From Vicugna vicugna (lineage: Eukaryota): a stretch of 64,000 nucleotides of DNA. The notes below the pieces were generated by a model, which worked only from the letters and a program-made list of their open reading frames with translations, did not search any database and had not been told where the DNA came from. The stretch covers positions 992,001-1,056,000 of the forward strand of contig MU058059.1 in the NCBI GenBank assembly GCA_013265495.1. The letters run 5' to 3'. A program made the position numbers and the translations under genes. Below, one piece after another: positions 23,391 through 35,100 of the stretch. Positions within the stretch are counted from its first letter, which is position 1. Each line of letters starts with the position of its first letter.

Positions 23391-26300
23391 AAAAGACATT
23401 ATATATTTATATATATGCATGTATTTCACACCCCACCCACGTGTGGGAAAGCAGCTGTGCGCCTGGCTTTTCCCTGAGTATCCATGATCCTTGCTGGCGG
23501 CACCCACTCCCCCACCTCCTGACTCTTCTCCACACCCCTCCCCTCAGTGTGCTGCATCCTAAGGCTAAAAGGAAAGCAGCTAAACCAAAGGCATTCAGCA
23601 CAGAACAGCCTGGGTTCTCAGGAGCCCTGGGCCCTGCTCCTTCCAGAGCACGGTTCCCAGCATGTCCCCTCCCCTCTTTCCTCTCTCCTCCTCTGCAGAC
23701 TCGCTTCACTCCCCACTATCGGGCCACATCTTCCAGGGGCATTGACAGCTCGCATCCCGCACTAATGAGTCCACACCTTGATCTTGATGCTGGACCTTTT
23801 TTTTTCCCCTCTGGCTCACTGAAGCCTGCGTGAGGGCTCCGGGACACCTCTTCCTGGATGTCCCGCAGACCCTGCTGCCCGCCACACCCGCGTCACCACC
23901 CCCACTGCACTCTTGGGATCCAGTCTCACTCCTCAGCCCTGTGCCATTTCTTTCAACCCCTTGAACTGAGTAAGTGCCCCCTCTCCCCTTGGCCTTTGTA
24001 CCTGCTGGTCAGTCACCGCCCACCCCCTTGCTAGCCCACTCCAGACCCTCTCAGGCCCTTCCCCTTCTCCACCAGGTCCGGACTCTCGGTCACTGTCCAG
24101 GTCCCAGGTGGGACCTCACTCCCTCTCCTCTGGGTAGGCGTGCTTCCTCTGTGACACCCCAATCCCCCATCACAGCCCTGGTCAGAGGGGACTGAGGATG
24201 GTGAGTCACCACCATCTGCTGACTCACCCCCGGCCCTGGGGGACAGGAAGCCCCGGAGGGTAGGTGCTGTTCGCTTTGCTTCTGGCCCTATCACCGACCC
24301 CTGCATTCAGGAAGTTCTCAGGACCGGCTCCACTGTCAGGAGAAGGGACGAAGGCACAGGCCGGGGGCAGCAGAGCAGGACAGGAATCAAAGATTCCCTC
24401 CCCGAAATGTTTGCCATCTTAACTCCCTAAAAACAGGGCCAGTGATGGGCACGTGGCTCACTGCTCCAAGATGGCTCACACTAGTCACACCACCGGGTCG
24501 TCACAGTAATTCCGGAGGGAGAGGGGCTGCTCTGCACCTTTACATATGAATGCATGTCTCCAAGAGGTCCAGCGACTTTTCAGTGGAATCACAAATAAAC
24601 CCGAGCCCCTGGACGTGCTGCGTGTGCACCCGTGCGAGGATGAACTGGGACACGGTCAAGTTCACGAGAGCTGCCGTCAGAATTCAGGAAAGGGGCACGT
24701 TAACGTGGGCTGAGAGGCAGGCGCAGGTTTTGTAAATGCTGACACATTCACAAATTTGGAAGATGATAAAATTACAAATTTAAGCTTAAGTACAAGCTTC
24801 ATTACTTTCATGGTTAAGGCCACATCTGAGTGGGATGGGACAAGAGATCAAACTCAGAGGAGAAAGAAGAGAATGTATATCCTACGTCAAAATTGCATCA
24901 CAAGAAAGGTAAGGTACAAGAAGGAGTAAAAGCTGTTTGCTCTACAGCTCACGTGGGGCCATGGCAAGGCGCCAGGCGAGGCCCAAAGACACACAGACGA
25001 CTGAGGGTGTGGTCCTTGCCTGGTACCGATCATGATCTACGACTGACACCACACTGGCAGAGGAGGGGCGCAAACAGAAGGAAGAGCTTGGACTGAGCAA
25101 GATGCTCCACACCCCTAGTGACAGAATCTGAAGCATCCTGCTGCTCCATCCACACGGGGACATGGCCCTGCCGCAGAGCGCCCATCCCGACCTGCGGTCA
25201 GTTTGTCTATGTGCATGCTCTCAGTCCCCCAGCTTAAAATACAGGGTGCAGGAGAGCAGAGGCCTGGCTTGCCGTAACCCTAGCACCCGGCAAGGTACCA
25301 GGTACATACAGAACACTCCATAAGCATCTGTGGAATAACAAGCAGATGGATAAGGACACGAGAAGAAAACTTTGCAGCGGCTCAAGGTGCCACGTCATCA
25401 GCCTTTCCGGCTTATGTGGGTATTTTGGTAGATGTTAGTGAGTCTTTTCAAATTAACCCTCCCGGTTGGCAAATGAGTATCCTGCCTGGGAAAAAAATCA
25501 TAATTTCAGAGACGTCTGGCTCACGGCCGAGCAGCAGAAACACTGACAGTAAGCCTGAGGAGGCAGCTGAGTCCAAAGATGGGGCTGGTTTGTTTTACAT
25601 ACTTCTTTAGGCTGGGAGACACAGAAATTAGATCATCTGGAAAAGAGAGAATGTGGACGGAAGCTGGCCTGAGTGCAGAAGACGGGGCTCCACCTTGGGG
25701 CCCGTAAGACGTTCCCTGAGCTGGGAGAGTGGAAATCCGTCAGGGCGGGGGTGTCCTCCATCTGAGCAGCAGCTCTGCAGGACGAATCGGACCAAGTAAG
25801 AGAGTTTACAATTCTAGCCAGAAGTCGCAGGCAAGGAGATTGCCAAGTTGAAATCCAACCCTTAGATAAGAGTGCTTAGAAATAACAGGTATGAAGGTAA
25901 ACCCATAAAGCGAGTAACTGCTTCAGAGCAGCATTTGGCTGGAAATTGAGTAGAAAAAGAGATTATGAAATTCAGTTTACTGGTAATTGTATATGCCCTC
26001 CTTCACTTTGTCCATATATTGTCCTAACATGAAAACACTCTTAGCGGATGCACATCTGTAGGTACCCGGAGAAGGTGCAGTGAGAGGAAGAGGCATTGCC
26101 TGATGGCGGCTGGACACTCATCTGGCTAGCTGGCTCTCGACCAAGACAGGGCCATGCCGTCGGGAAAGACTCTTAGGCTGCACTGCAAATGTAGCAACAG
26201 AGGCTGGAAGCTCCCTCTTGAATTCATCTCTGGAGCCTAAGAAATCAATGCACTGTAAGTGTTCTGCTTTGCTGCGTTGCCCCTATAGGTCTGTAAGTTC

Positions 26301-26734
26301 TGAGCTTCGTACCTTGAAAATACCCCTAAGACCCAGGTAACTCAGTTCGATTCTGATCAGCAGAATCCTGTTTACTCACAGAAGCATCTCTTTCTCACTG
26401 ATTTTTCTCTCTCTTCCTGTGATCAATCATAAAGAAAGATTATTATTATGAAGATGTATTAAAGAGCCACATATTTTCACGCAGACACTCATTTCCCGAC
26501 TCCTGACCATTACGCTACACAGTTACTCTCATGCCTATTTAACGGGCAAGAAAACTAACCCTTCATCCTACTTCCTTAATCTTTTAAGTCTTACCTAATT
26601 TCCTAGGGCCACAAAAGTGACAAGGGATGGAGCAGCCAGAGTGACACCCAGGCAAGGCTCTCTCCTCTGTGCGAAGCCGCATCTCAACCTTCACGACTGT
26701 TTATTTACAATGCATTGAAAAAGACACCTTAAGT

Positions 26735-26936
26735 CAGCAACCTCAAAATGTGGTCCAGGGACCACCATCTGAAAATCCACTGAAGTACTTGCTGGACATA
26801 CAGATGCCTAGACCCAACTTCAGATCTATTCAGTGAGAACTGTGGACAGGTCCCTGGAGATTGCTTCTTTTTTTTTTTTTTTTTAAAACAACGTCCTCAA
26901 GTGATTCTGTTGCACAGGGACATTTGAGAACCACTG
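26735..26936. mobile_element. MER5-family (hAT-Charlie) element
   Basis: ctcaaaatgtggtccagggacc...aagtgattctgttgcac...tttgagaaccactg. Confidence 0.7.
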
Positions 26937-27430
26937 TGGCTAATTCTTTGCAAACTTCTACTACTGTTCTTTGGAGTCTCAAATTTGACAAAATTCTATC
27001 TTCTCACTGAGGTTCATCTTTCGGATTACAGCGTTTGTGGTGGAACGTTACAAAATTCCGCACTCCCCCTGAGGATTTATCTTTGGAGCCTCACAATTCC
27101 TAACACCGGATGTTCCCTAGGAACCAGCGAAGGAGGGAGACGGTACTCCTGGCGGAAACGGGAGACTGTCCCCTATGTGCCTGCGTGCACACACGCACCG
27201 TCCCAGATGGCTTCCAACACCCACGTCTCATTTCAACCTCGACTGGCGCCGTCATTGCCACTTCACAGCCAGGGGGCCTGGCCCAGAGAAACGGAGTAAC
27301 TTGTCCAAAGTTACCCAGCTGACGGTGAGCAGACATTTCAGTTTGTGTGTTGTCTAACTCACTGTACTTCCTTTCTCTATAACACAGCTCCTCCCCGTGA
27401 ATTACCGCTGCCTGGAGTTTAAGAACCGGG

Positions 27431-27563
27431 TGGGGAGGGTACAGCTCAGTGGGAGAGCGCATGCTCATCATGCACAAGGTCCTGGGTTCAATCCCTGGTG
27501 CCTCCATTAAATAAAGAATTGAATAAATAAACCTAATGGCCTTCCCCACCAAAAAAAAAAAAA
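27431..27563 (+). mobile_element. Vic-1-like SINE
   Basis: ggggagggtacagctcagtgggagagcgcatg...gtcctgggttcaatccctgg followed by poly-A. Confidence 0.9.
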
Positions 27564-27577
27564 AGAATGAAGGGGAG

Positions 27578-27643
27578 ACCAGAAATTAACACAACATTGT
27601 AAACTGACTATACTTCAATTAAAAAAATTAAAAATGTTAAAAA
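27578..27643 (+). mobile_element. Very short L1 3' tail next to the SINE poly-A
   Basis: ccagaaattaacacaacattgtaaactgactatacttcaattaaaaaaa, flanked by aaaagaatgaagggg / aaaagaattaaggagg. Confidence 0.8.
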
Positions 27644-28709
27644 GAATTAAGGAGGAAAAGTTTCCAAATGTCATAAGCAGACAAATCGGTCAACCTCTAT
27701 TTTTCCAACTTTATATTCAGTCCACGAAGAGTATTCCTCTTAAACTAAGGTTAATAAAAGTCAACATCTAACAGCACAAAATAATGGGATAAAGTTGGGG
27801 GGGATATCGAGAAGTCTCTGTAATGAAATTAACAAAACCCCTCTCTACCTCTGTGGTGTAAAAACAGGTAAGAGCTACAGAAAAGCCGGAGGCTGCCAGG
27901 CCCGCCTTAAGCTCAGAGTCGGTGATGGCAGGAGGACCGACCAGAAGCCCAGGTGCGCCGTTCCAGACAGCAGCACCTTAGGATCATAAAGCTATTTTCC
28001 TTGACTTTGCGAATTTAGGGAAAACAAGCTTGGATTTCAAGTAAAGCTGTGTGGCTTTTCAGTCACACAGCAGAGTGGCCCACACCCCTGGGGCACCTGC
28101 CTGGCAGCTGTAGACTGAGCCTGCCTCTGACCTCAGTCTGGGTCAGGTGAGGCTGTGGTGTCGCTGCCCCCGGGACACGCAGGAGGCACACGGGAAGGCG
28201 GAGGGTACCAGCACGCCCTGCGGAGAGTCCACAACACAGCTCAGACTCCGCAGTCAGGAAGTGTGGGGCGCAAGGCTGCTTGTTTTAGTTAGGACTAAAT
28301 AGGCCCCCACAACACTGAGATGCATACAATTATCATCAGAGACTTTAACTTTGCTTAATGTCCTGCTTCGCCAGAGCCCTCCGCTGTGTGTGCTACAAGA
28401 CAGTGATGAGAAATGTGTGCAGGAGGAGGAGGGGCTGGATGACAAGGAGTCAAATCATCATCATCAAGACAGTGATGCTTTATCGGGATGGGACAGGACC
28501 CATAGGAAATATTTATTTCCCATTGAAAATAATGACGTAGATACAGATTTGTGTAGAAGACAAAGCTTCCCAAAACATACTGCTGCGTAAAAAAGAAAAC
28601 GGTTACATATTAAAAACAGATGAAGTATTTAAATTAGAAGTTTACTCATGTCAAACATTAGGGAACCACCAGTGACCCTGCACTTGTGCAAAGCAGAGCT
28701 AATTCTAAC

Positions 28710-28915
28710 TAGGCACTTGTGATGCACTCGGCACCATGCTCAGTGCTTTGCACGCACTGTATCATTTAGTCCTCGTGTCCTTGAGGTCTAAGCTCTGTGG
28801 CCACTTTATAAACGATCAAACAGATTCACGGAAGTCAAGAGACCTGACCCACGTCACACGGTGATTACACAGCAAGACTGGGAGCCCCGCCCAGGTCTGT
28901 CTGAGTCCAAGACCC
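28710..28915 (-). mobile_element. MIR SINE
   Basis: ggcaccatgctcagtgctttgcacgcactgtatcatttagtcctc...gtcacacgg...ccaggtctgtctgagtccaa. Confidence 0.7.
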
Positions 28916-31900
28916 ACTGACAGGTTACTGTCCACTCAGAGAGGGAGATTTGAGAGGAAGTTTGCCAAAATATTTACAGTAGCCATGTCTAGATGACAAG
29001 ACTTCTTCCTTTTTGTTTTTCAGTATTATTAAAAAGTATTTTAAAGTGAGCATGCATTATTTTTAATACCTGAAATAACAAAGATGTTTTAATTGGAAGG
29101 ACAAATAAGAATGAAGTGTTCCATCTCTGTATATCTCATTTGCCACCCCAAACAGTCCAGAAGGAAGAGCTAATATTCAACTAAATACAACCACAAAAAA
29201 TATATGTGGTGAGTGGCCAAAATATCAATCATTGAGAGGAAATATCATTATACTCAGTTTCTGAAATTTTTTGGATCAGTCCACTAACAAGAGACCATCT
29301 GTCTCCAGACTCCTATTCTTCCAATATGTCCTCCATTTATCACCAGATGAACGTCTTTCCTGCTCTACAACTTTCAATGGCTCCCCACTACCTAGCAAAG
29401 TTCAAAATATTCTTTAGTCTCATCTCCAAACCCTTCCACACCCTCGCCTTCAACACATCTCCGACTACTCCCCAGGGTACATGCTTTTGATTCTGGAGTG
29501 TTCTAGATGGAATATCTTCTAAATGACTAATCACTATCAAAGTCCGACCATCTTCCAAGAACTAAAATGGAAAAGCCAAAATGGAAAATGAAGACCGCTC
29601 AATAGATTTTTTTCTTCTAAAGGGATGCACATAAAAAAAGTAATTACCAGTACAGAGAATGGGCCATGTCAACAAGCACTGAACGTTATAAAGGATTTTT
29701 AAAATCCACATAGGCAAGTGACCAACCATATTTCGTAAAATTCACGACACCATTAATTGTAACACAGATAACATGATCTGTAGCACTTGGCCAATTAAGC
29801 AATCACTCATACGCTGGAATTTTAATTTTCCAATTATTTAAAGAACTTGTTTAGATTTATTCACGTATTCTGTGCATACATGGAGAAAACAGAAACAAAA
29901 CAAACTGGCCAAGACATTCCTAAAAATTCTTCACAAGGTCAGAGTCTTACTCTTTTGGTCTGTGCCCTTACACAGCACCATCTACGTGTCTTCATGCAGA
30001 TGCACCATTTCGTACGAGTGCTCCGTTCCTGTCTCCAACATGTTCTTCCAATCAACTGACACCCAATCTCCAGTTTTGGACGCCTGCTCCCAATCAATGC
30101 ATTAAGTTGCCAGCTTTCTCCCTGCCACATGGCTGAGAGCAACTGGAAGACATATCCCGATTTCAGAGATGTTACAATGTGAGGGGGAAAAAGAGGTTTG
30201 TTTTAGAAATGATGAAATTTGGAGCTTGAATAAAACACACAGAAAGCCACTGTTTGAGGATGTAAACACTACATATATAATAAAAAATGACCAAAGAAGA
30301 GAGATCTGCAGCAGCAACTAGTTTTCCTCTTTTTTAGTTCAACGCCAGGGTCACCACCATCACCCAGCCCTATTGCAGCCTCTGTCACGTTCCAGTCTGG
30401 TCCCTCTCCTCCTCCTCTGATAACTTCCTCTCCACCGACATCCTCCGTGACACCAATTAGAGCCGGCAGGAAAGGAGGCCGGCCACCTGCACATCATCTC
30501 ACAAAGAAGCCGCCCTGGTTTCCCCGTGGAACCCGCAGCCGTCTCTGCTCCCAACAGGCAGAACCTGTAGACCTACCCAGTTTGAGCTCTGGACCGAGCA
30601 GCAAACTTGTTACGAAGAGGATCACGCCGTTAAAAATAATGACTGCGTGCGGGAGTCCAGTAATTCTCACTTATAAACAAGCAGCCGTGCCTTTTAAGGC
30701 TTTTCCAAGATTTTTTGTAGTGAAGCGTTAAGTCACAAATGACCTCATTTTTGATCCAATTCCGTAAATATTTACTCAATACTGTAAGTGCTCAGAACCT
30801 GTGCTGGTGTGGGGATGAAGCTCAAAGGGAAGTAAGTTCCTTACTCACCGCAAGCACTCACTCAGCGTAACCGGTGAGGGAAGTACGCACACGAGGCAGG
30901 TTAAACAGCACACCTGTCTTCTGGATTTAATACAAACCTTTCTGTGTTTTCTTTTCCTTTTATTTATTTATTTATTTGTTTTAAATTTGTAAGGATGGGC
31001 TACAGGAACAACGTATCAAAGTGTCAGCCACCTAAAAATTAAGTTGTCAGCTTTTTCTCTGTACTGCAAATTAACCGAAGAATTAGGGGTTTGGTGCTAA
31101 TAGAAGCTTACAATTCCAAAGTGTGCAATTTAACCGATCACTGTAAGATCTAAAAATGTCATCCTGAAAACGTTTTCAACCAAGTGAGCGCAGCTCTGGG
31201 ACCTAATTTCAACTTCTTTATTTGTGCCATTTTCCCCATTTTCTTTTCCTTCCCTTTGCTTTGGAAATGTGTCCAGAATAAGACACACACTTAAGTGACA
31301 ACTGCCCAGAGCTCCCCTGGACGTGATACACTCACATGAGAGAAGGACACCATCTCACCAGGGAGGTGGAGAGAGGACCCCGGGCCCCTGCAGCTGTGCT
31401 GTGGTTTTCCTGTTCTTCATGCTCACATCACATTCAATTCAGAAATCAAAACGCTAAATGTATTTATTTTACAGCCTCAGAATTTCAGGCTTCCTTTTAC
31501 AACTGATTCAACACTAATCTGGGTGAAACCAGATCAATCTCTGCACTAGAATTCTAAATTCAGATTGAAACGCTAAATTAGAAAATAATTTGCAAATAAA
31601 ACAAACTTAAATAGAAATCAATTACCCCAAGTCACTGCAGATATCTCCCACACTTGTGAAACCTCTCACTTTCTCCATTTTTACCAGTTGCCAACTGCAA
31701 ACACATCGCTTAAAAATAAATCAGACAGAACACTGCCTACCCAGAAAAAAAGATTATAGCTTGACAAGACACCACATACTTTCACAAGACAACAATAATC
31801 ACCCAAACCAAGGCTTTAGTAAGAATGCTATTTTGGTACAAAGAATAAGAAATACATTGACTCTATGCATTAATATAGACTTAATCCTTAAATATAATTT

Positions 31901-34098
31901 TTAAATAGTCCTTTTTAAAAATTGCAGAATTTCCCCAGTAAAAGGAATATTCAATGATTACTACTACTGCATTAAAAAAAACAAAAACCCTTCTTCCTTG
32001 ATCTATGAAACACACGCTCCCATAGTCTTGCATCCACATCTACCTTCTCCTTCTTCTCAAAACAATACCTTATGGCACAGTTCAGCTTGAGAAAGGAGAG
32101 TCTCGTTCATTCATCAGGCAAAGTTAAAGCCAGCAGGATGCTTCAGACGGTCTGGTTTTGCCTGCCCCACCCTTGTTCCCTCTGAGCCATAGTGATGTCA
32201 CAACACCAGGCAGGGCAATGACTTCACTGCTCCAGTCCCTCCTTCTGAGCACACAGTTCTTTCCAGCCAAGGCCAATCAGATGGCAGCAGAGCCCTCCAG
32301 GAGCGTCTGATGAATTCCCAACAAATTAGCCGCTCTGTGGCCTTTTGAAAGAAATAGCTGCTGCAAGTGCACCGTTACAGATCTCTCCAAGTGAAGTGGA
32401 GAGGAAAATAAATCTGATTCACGGTTTCCACTAGTAACACTTTATTCCATAATAAAGCTGGCATTCGGTGGACAACTGTGGTTGGCTACTTGGAAGAGAC
32501 TGGGGATGAAAGATGACCAGGGAAGTCAAGTACTGAAGACGTCTCTCTCTCCATTATTGTCAAACTCTCACAGAAGGAAGCATGTACTTATTTCTCAGCC
32601 TACTCTTGGAGGTCTATTTTACTGGAGAGGCTATGAACTCTCATTTGTGAATGTAAAGGCTTTTTTTTTTCAGCACTCAAAAGATAAATATGTATTTTAC
32701 AACACAGAATAAAATAAAACAGACAGCCTGTCCGTGCCATGCTTAATCCAACATACAGTAAATCCAGAAATGAGTCACAAAATACAACATCACATCTGGT
32801 ACACGAAGGGTTACCGGAGTGGCCCCTTAATGCATTTGACCAACCAATGTTTAAAAACCAAGTGTATATAAAACAGCCTCTGATCAAGTAAAATTAAAAA
32901 ATTCCACATCTCCTATTTCAACACAATTCAAAGTTGGCCCAAGTCCAAACACTGCACAAGACTTTACAAAAACTGCTTTTAACCTAAATCACATTCTTGC
33001 AGAAGAAATGACTTAAAAATTAAATGTAAACATTTCACTAAGACACTGACCTGTAACCTGTATCTTCTCAGTCCTCCACCTCAAAAGGGGTTGACAATTC
33101 AGTAAAGTGGCTGCCCTTCCCGTTACTGATAAATCATTCACAAAACATGTATTGTTTTGTAAAAATTACTTGCCTAAAGTGTATTAGCTGGATTAAGTTT
33201 ATGCAGTAACTGGTGCATCTGGTACCTTGCTTTTTTAAACCACCAGAAAATCACAATGTAAATGAGATGACTCAGTATTCAGCTATTTTATTTTCATCAA
33301 TGCCCTCTGAAATTTAAAGTCAGGTTTCTCAATGTAGAATTTATTTCCTCACACAATAGATTTGTTACTCCAACTAAAGTTTTAGACGTTTGTGATACCA
33401 ACATTAACATGCATTTTCTTAAAATTCCAGCTGCGCCAAGATCTAAATCACCTCTCATTCTCCAGGGTCACGCAAGCTATTTTAATAGAGCTTTTCTGCT
33501 TAATTTTCTGCAATTGGTGCTATGTCCAGAGCTCCCAGATCATAAGTGGAAGCTTTTTTTTTTTCAATCATTTTTGGTTCCTTGAGACTTTAAAAATCTG
33601 TGTAAAATTCAAAAAGAATGTTTTCAGCACTTGGTGTGACGAATCTTCTACTAAGAAAGTTAATGCTACCAGGAGAGACTCCGGCACACACCTGGCCGCC
33701 CCAGAGGGCCGAAACTGGCCCCCCCAAAGGGACGCGCAGAACATCTGCAAAAGCAGTTCCGCAAGACTAATGTAAAAAAGCTGAGACACCGACTTCAACG
33801 CGTCATGCAAGCGCCGCGTTCGCAGGGCTGCCTGGCCTCGCAGGATTTCTCCGGCGGCCTCCCCGCGTAATTAATACCACATGTTTCCTTTATCACTCTG
33901 TTTGTTCTGCAACAATCTCTTCCCAACTTTAACCCTGGGCTGGAAATGGAGAAGAAACCCCTAGACAACTCTGGATCCGGAAACATGGAAACCGAAAAGG
34001 GAGAGAAGGCTCCCATGCAAAGGACCACAGTGACAATTTACTAGGAAACCACACCCACCTCATTGCAGAAGTCGTGAACTTGGCGGGGGTGGGGGGAG

Positions 34099-34964
34099 NN
34101 NNNNNNNNNNNNNNNNNNNNNNNNNNNNNNNNNNNNNNNNNNNNNNNNNNNNNNNNNNNNNNNNNNNNNNNNNNNNNNNNNNNNNNNNNNNNNNNNNNNN
34201 NNNNNNNNNNNNNNNNNNNNNNNNNNNNNNNNNNNNNNNNNNNNNNNNNNNNNNNNNNNNNNNNNNNNNNNNNNNNNNNNNNNNNNNNNNNNNNNNNNNN
34301 NNNNNNNNNNNNNNNNNNNNNNNNNNNNNNNNNNNNNNNNNNNNNNNNNNNNNNNNNNNNNNNNNNNNNNNNNNNNNNNNNNNNNNNNNNNNNNNNNNNN
34401 NNNNNNNNNNNNNNNNNNNNNNNNNNNNNNNNNNNNNNNNNNNNNNNNNNNNNNNNNNNNNNNNNNNNNNNNNNNNNNNNNNNNNNNNNNNNNNNNNNNN
34501 NNNNNNNNNNNNNNNNNNNNNNNNNNNNNNNNNNNNNNNNNNNNNNNNNNNNNNNNNNNNNNNNNNNNNNNNNNNNNNNNNNNNNNNNNNNNNNNNNNNN
34601 NNNNNNNNNNNNNNNNNNNNNNNNNNNNNNNNNNNNNNNNNNNNNNNNNNNNNNNNNNNNNNNNNNNNNNNNNNNNNNNNNNNNNNNNNNNNNNNNNNNN
34701 NNNNNNNNNNNNNNNNNNNNNNNNNNNNNNNNNNNNNNNNNNNNNNNNNNNNNNNNNNNNNNNNNNNNNNNNNNNNNNNNNNNNNNNNNNNNNNNNNNNN
34801 NNNNNNNNNNNNNNNNNNNNNNNNNNNNNNNNNNNNNNNNNNNNNNNNNNNNNNNNNNNNNNNNNNNNNNNNNNNNNNNNNNNNNNNNNNNNNNNNNNNN
34901 NNNNNNNNNNNNNNNNNNNNNNNNNNNNNNNNNNNNNNNNNNNNNNNNNNNNNNNNNNNNNNNN
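34099..34964. other. Assembly gap (866 N)
   Basis: Run of N flanked by G/C-rich sequence. Confidence 1.
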
Positions 34965-34994
34965 ATCCCCCCGCTCCGCCTGCAGAAAAGTTAC

Positions 34995-35100
34995 CTGGGC
35001 TGGGCCGGGGGCCCGGGCTCGGGCGCGCGTGCTCTCGGCCGGGCGCGGGGCTCGGGCGCGGGGCGGAAGCCGCAGACGCGGGCGGCTCGCCGCGCTCCGC
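34995..35100 (-). other. Candidate non-coding first exon (5' boundary uncertain)
   Basis: Minus-strand donor CCCAG|GTAACT inside the CpG island. Confidence 0.5.

Larger units (their letters stand above)
145..35100 (-). other. ARNTL: 5' part of a minus-strand gene (first exon(s), ~34-kb intron 1, exon 2); tentatively ARNTL/BMAL1
   Basis: CpG island at 33.7-35.4 kb, a minus-strand donor at 34995, a strong 54-nt exon at 145-198 and no recognisable coding exon in between. The gene name rests on recalled similarity to the BMAL1 5'UTR and its ~32-kb first intron; it needs BLAST confirmation. Confidence 0.45.

Noticed and set aside
26380..26416. Possible 37-nt minus-strand exon
   Set aside because: Weak donor context (TCT|GTGAGT) and an interrupted pyrimidine tract.
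27431..27505. tRNA-like sequences with A and B boxes (also near 4480, 23245, 41945, 48960, 50345, 63610)
   Set aside because: They are SINE heads with A-rich tails, several with TSDs, not tRNA genes.
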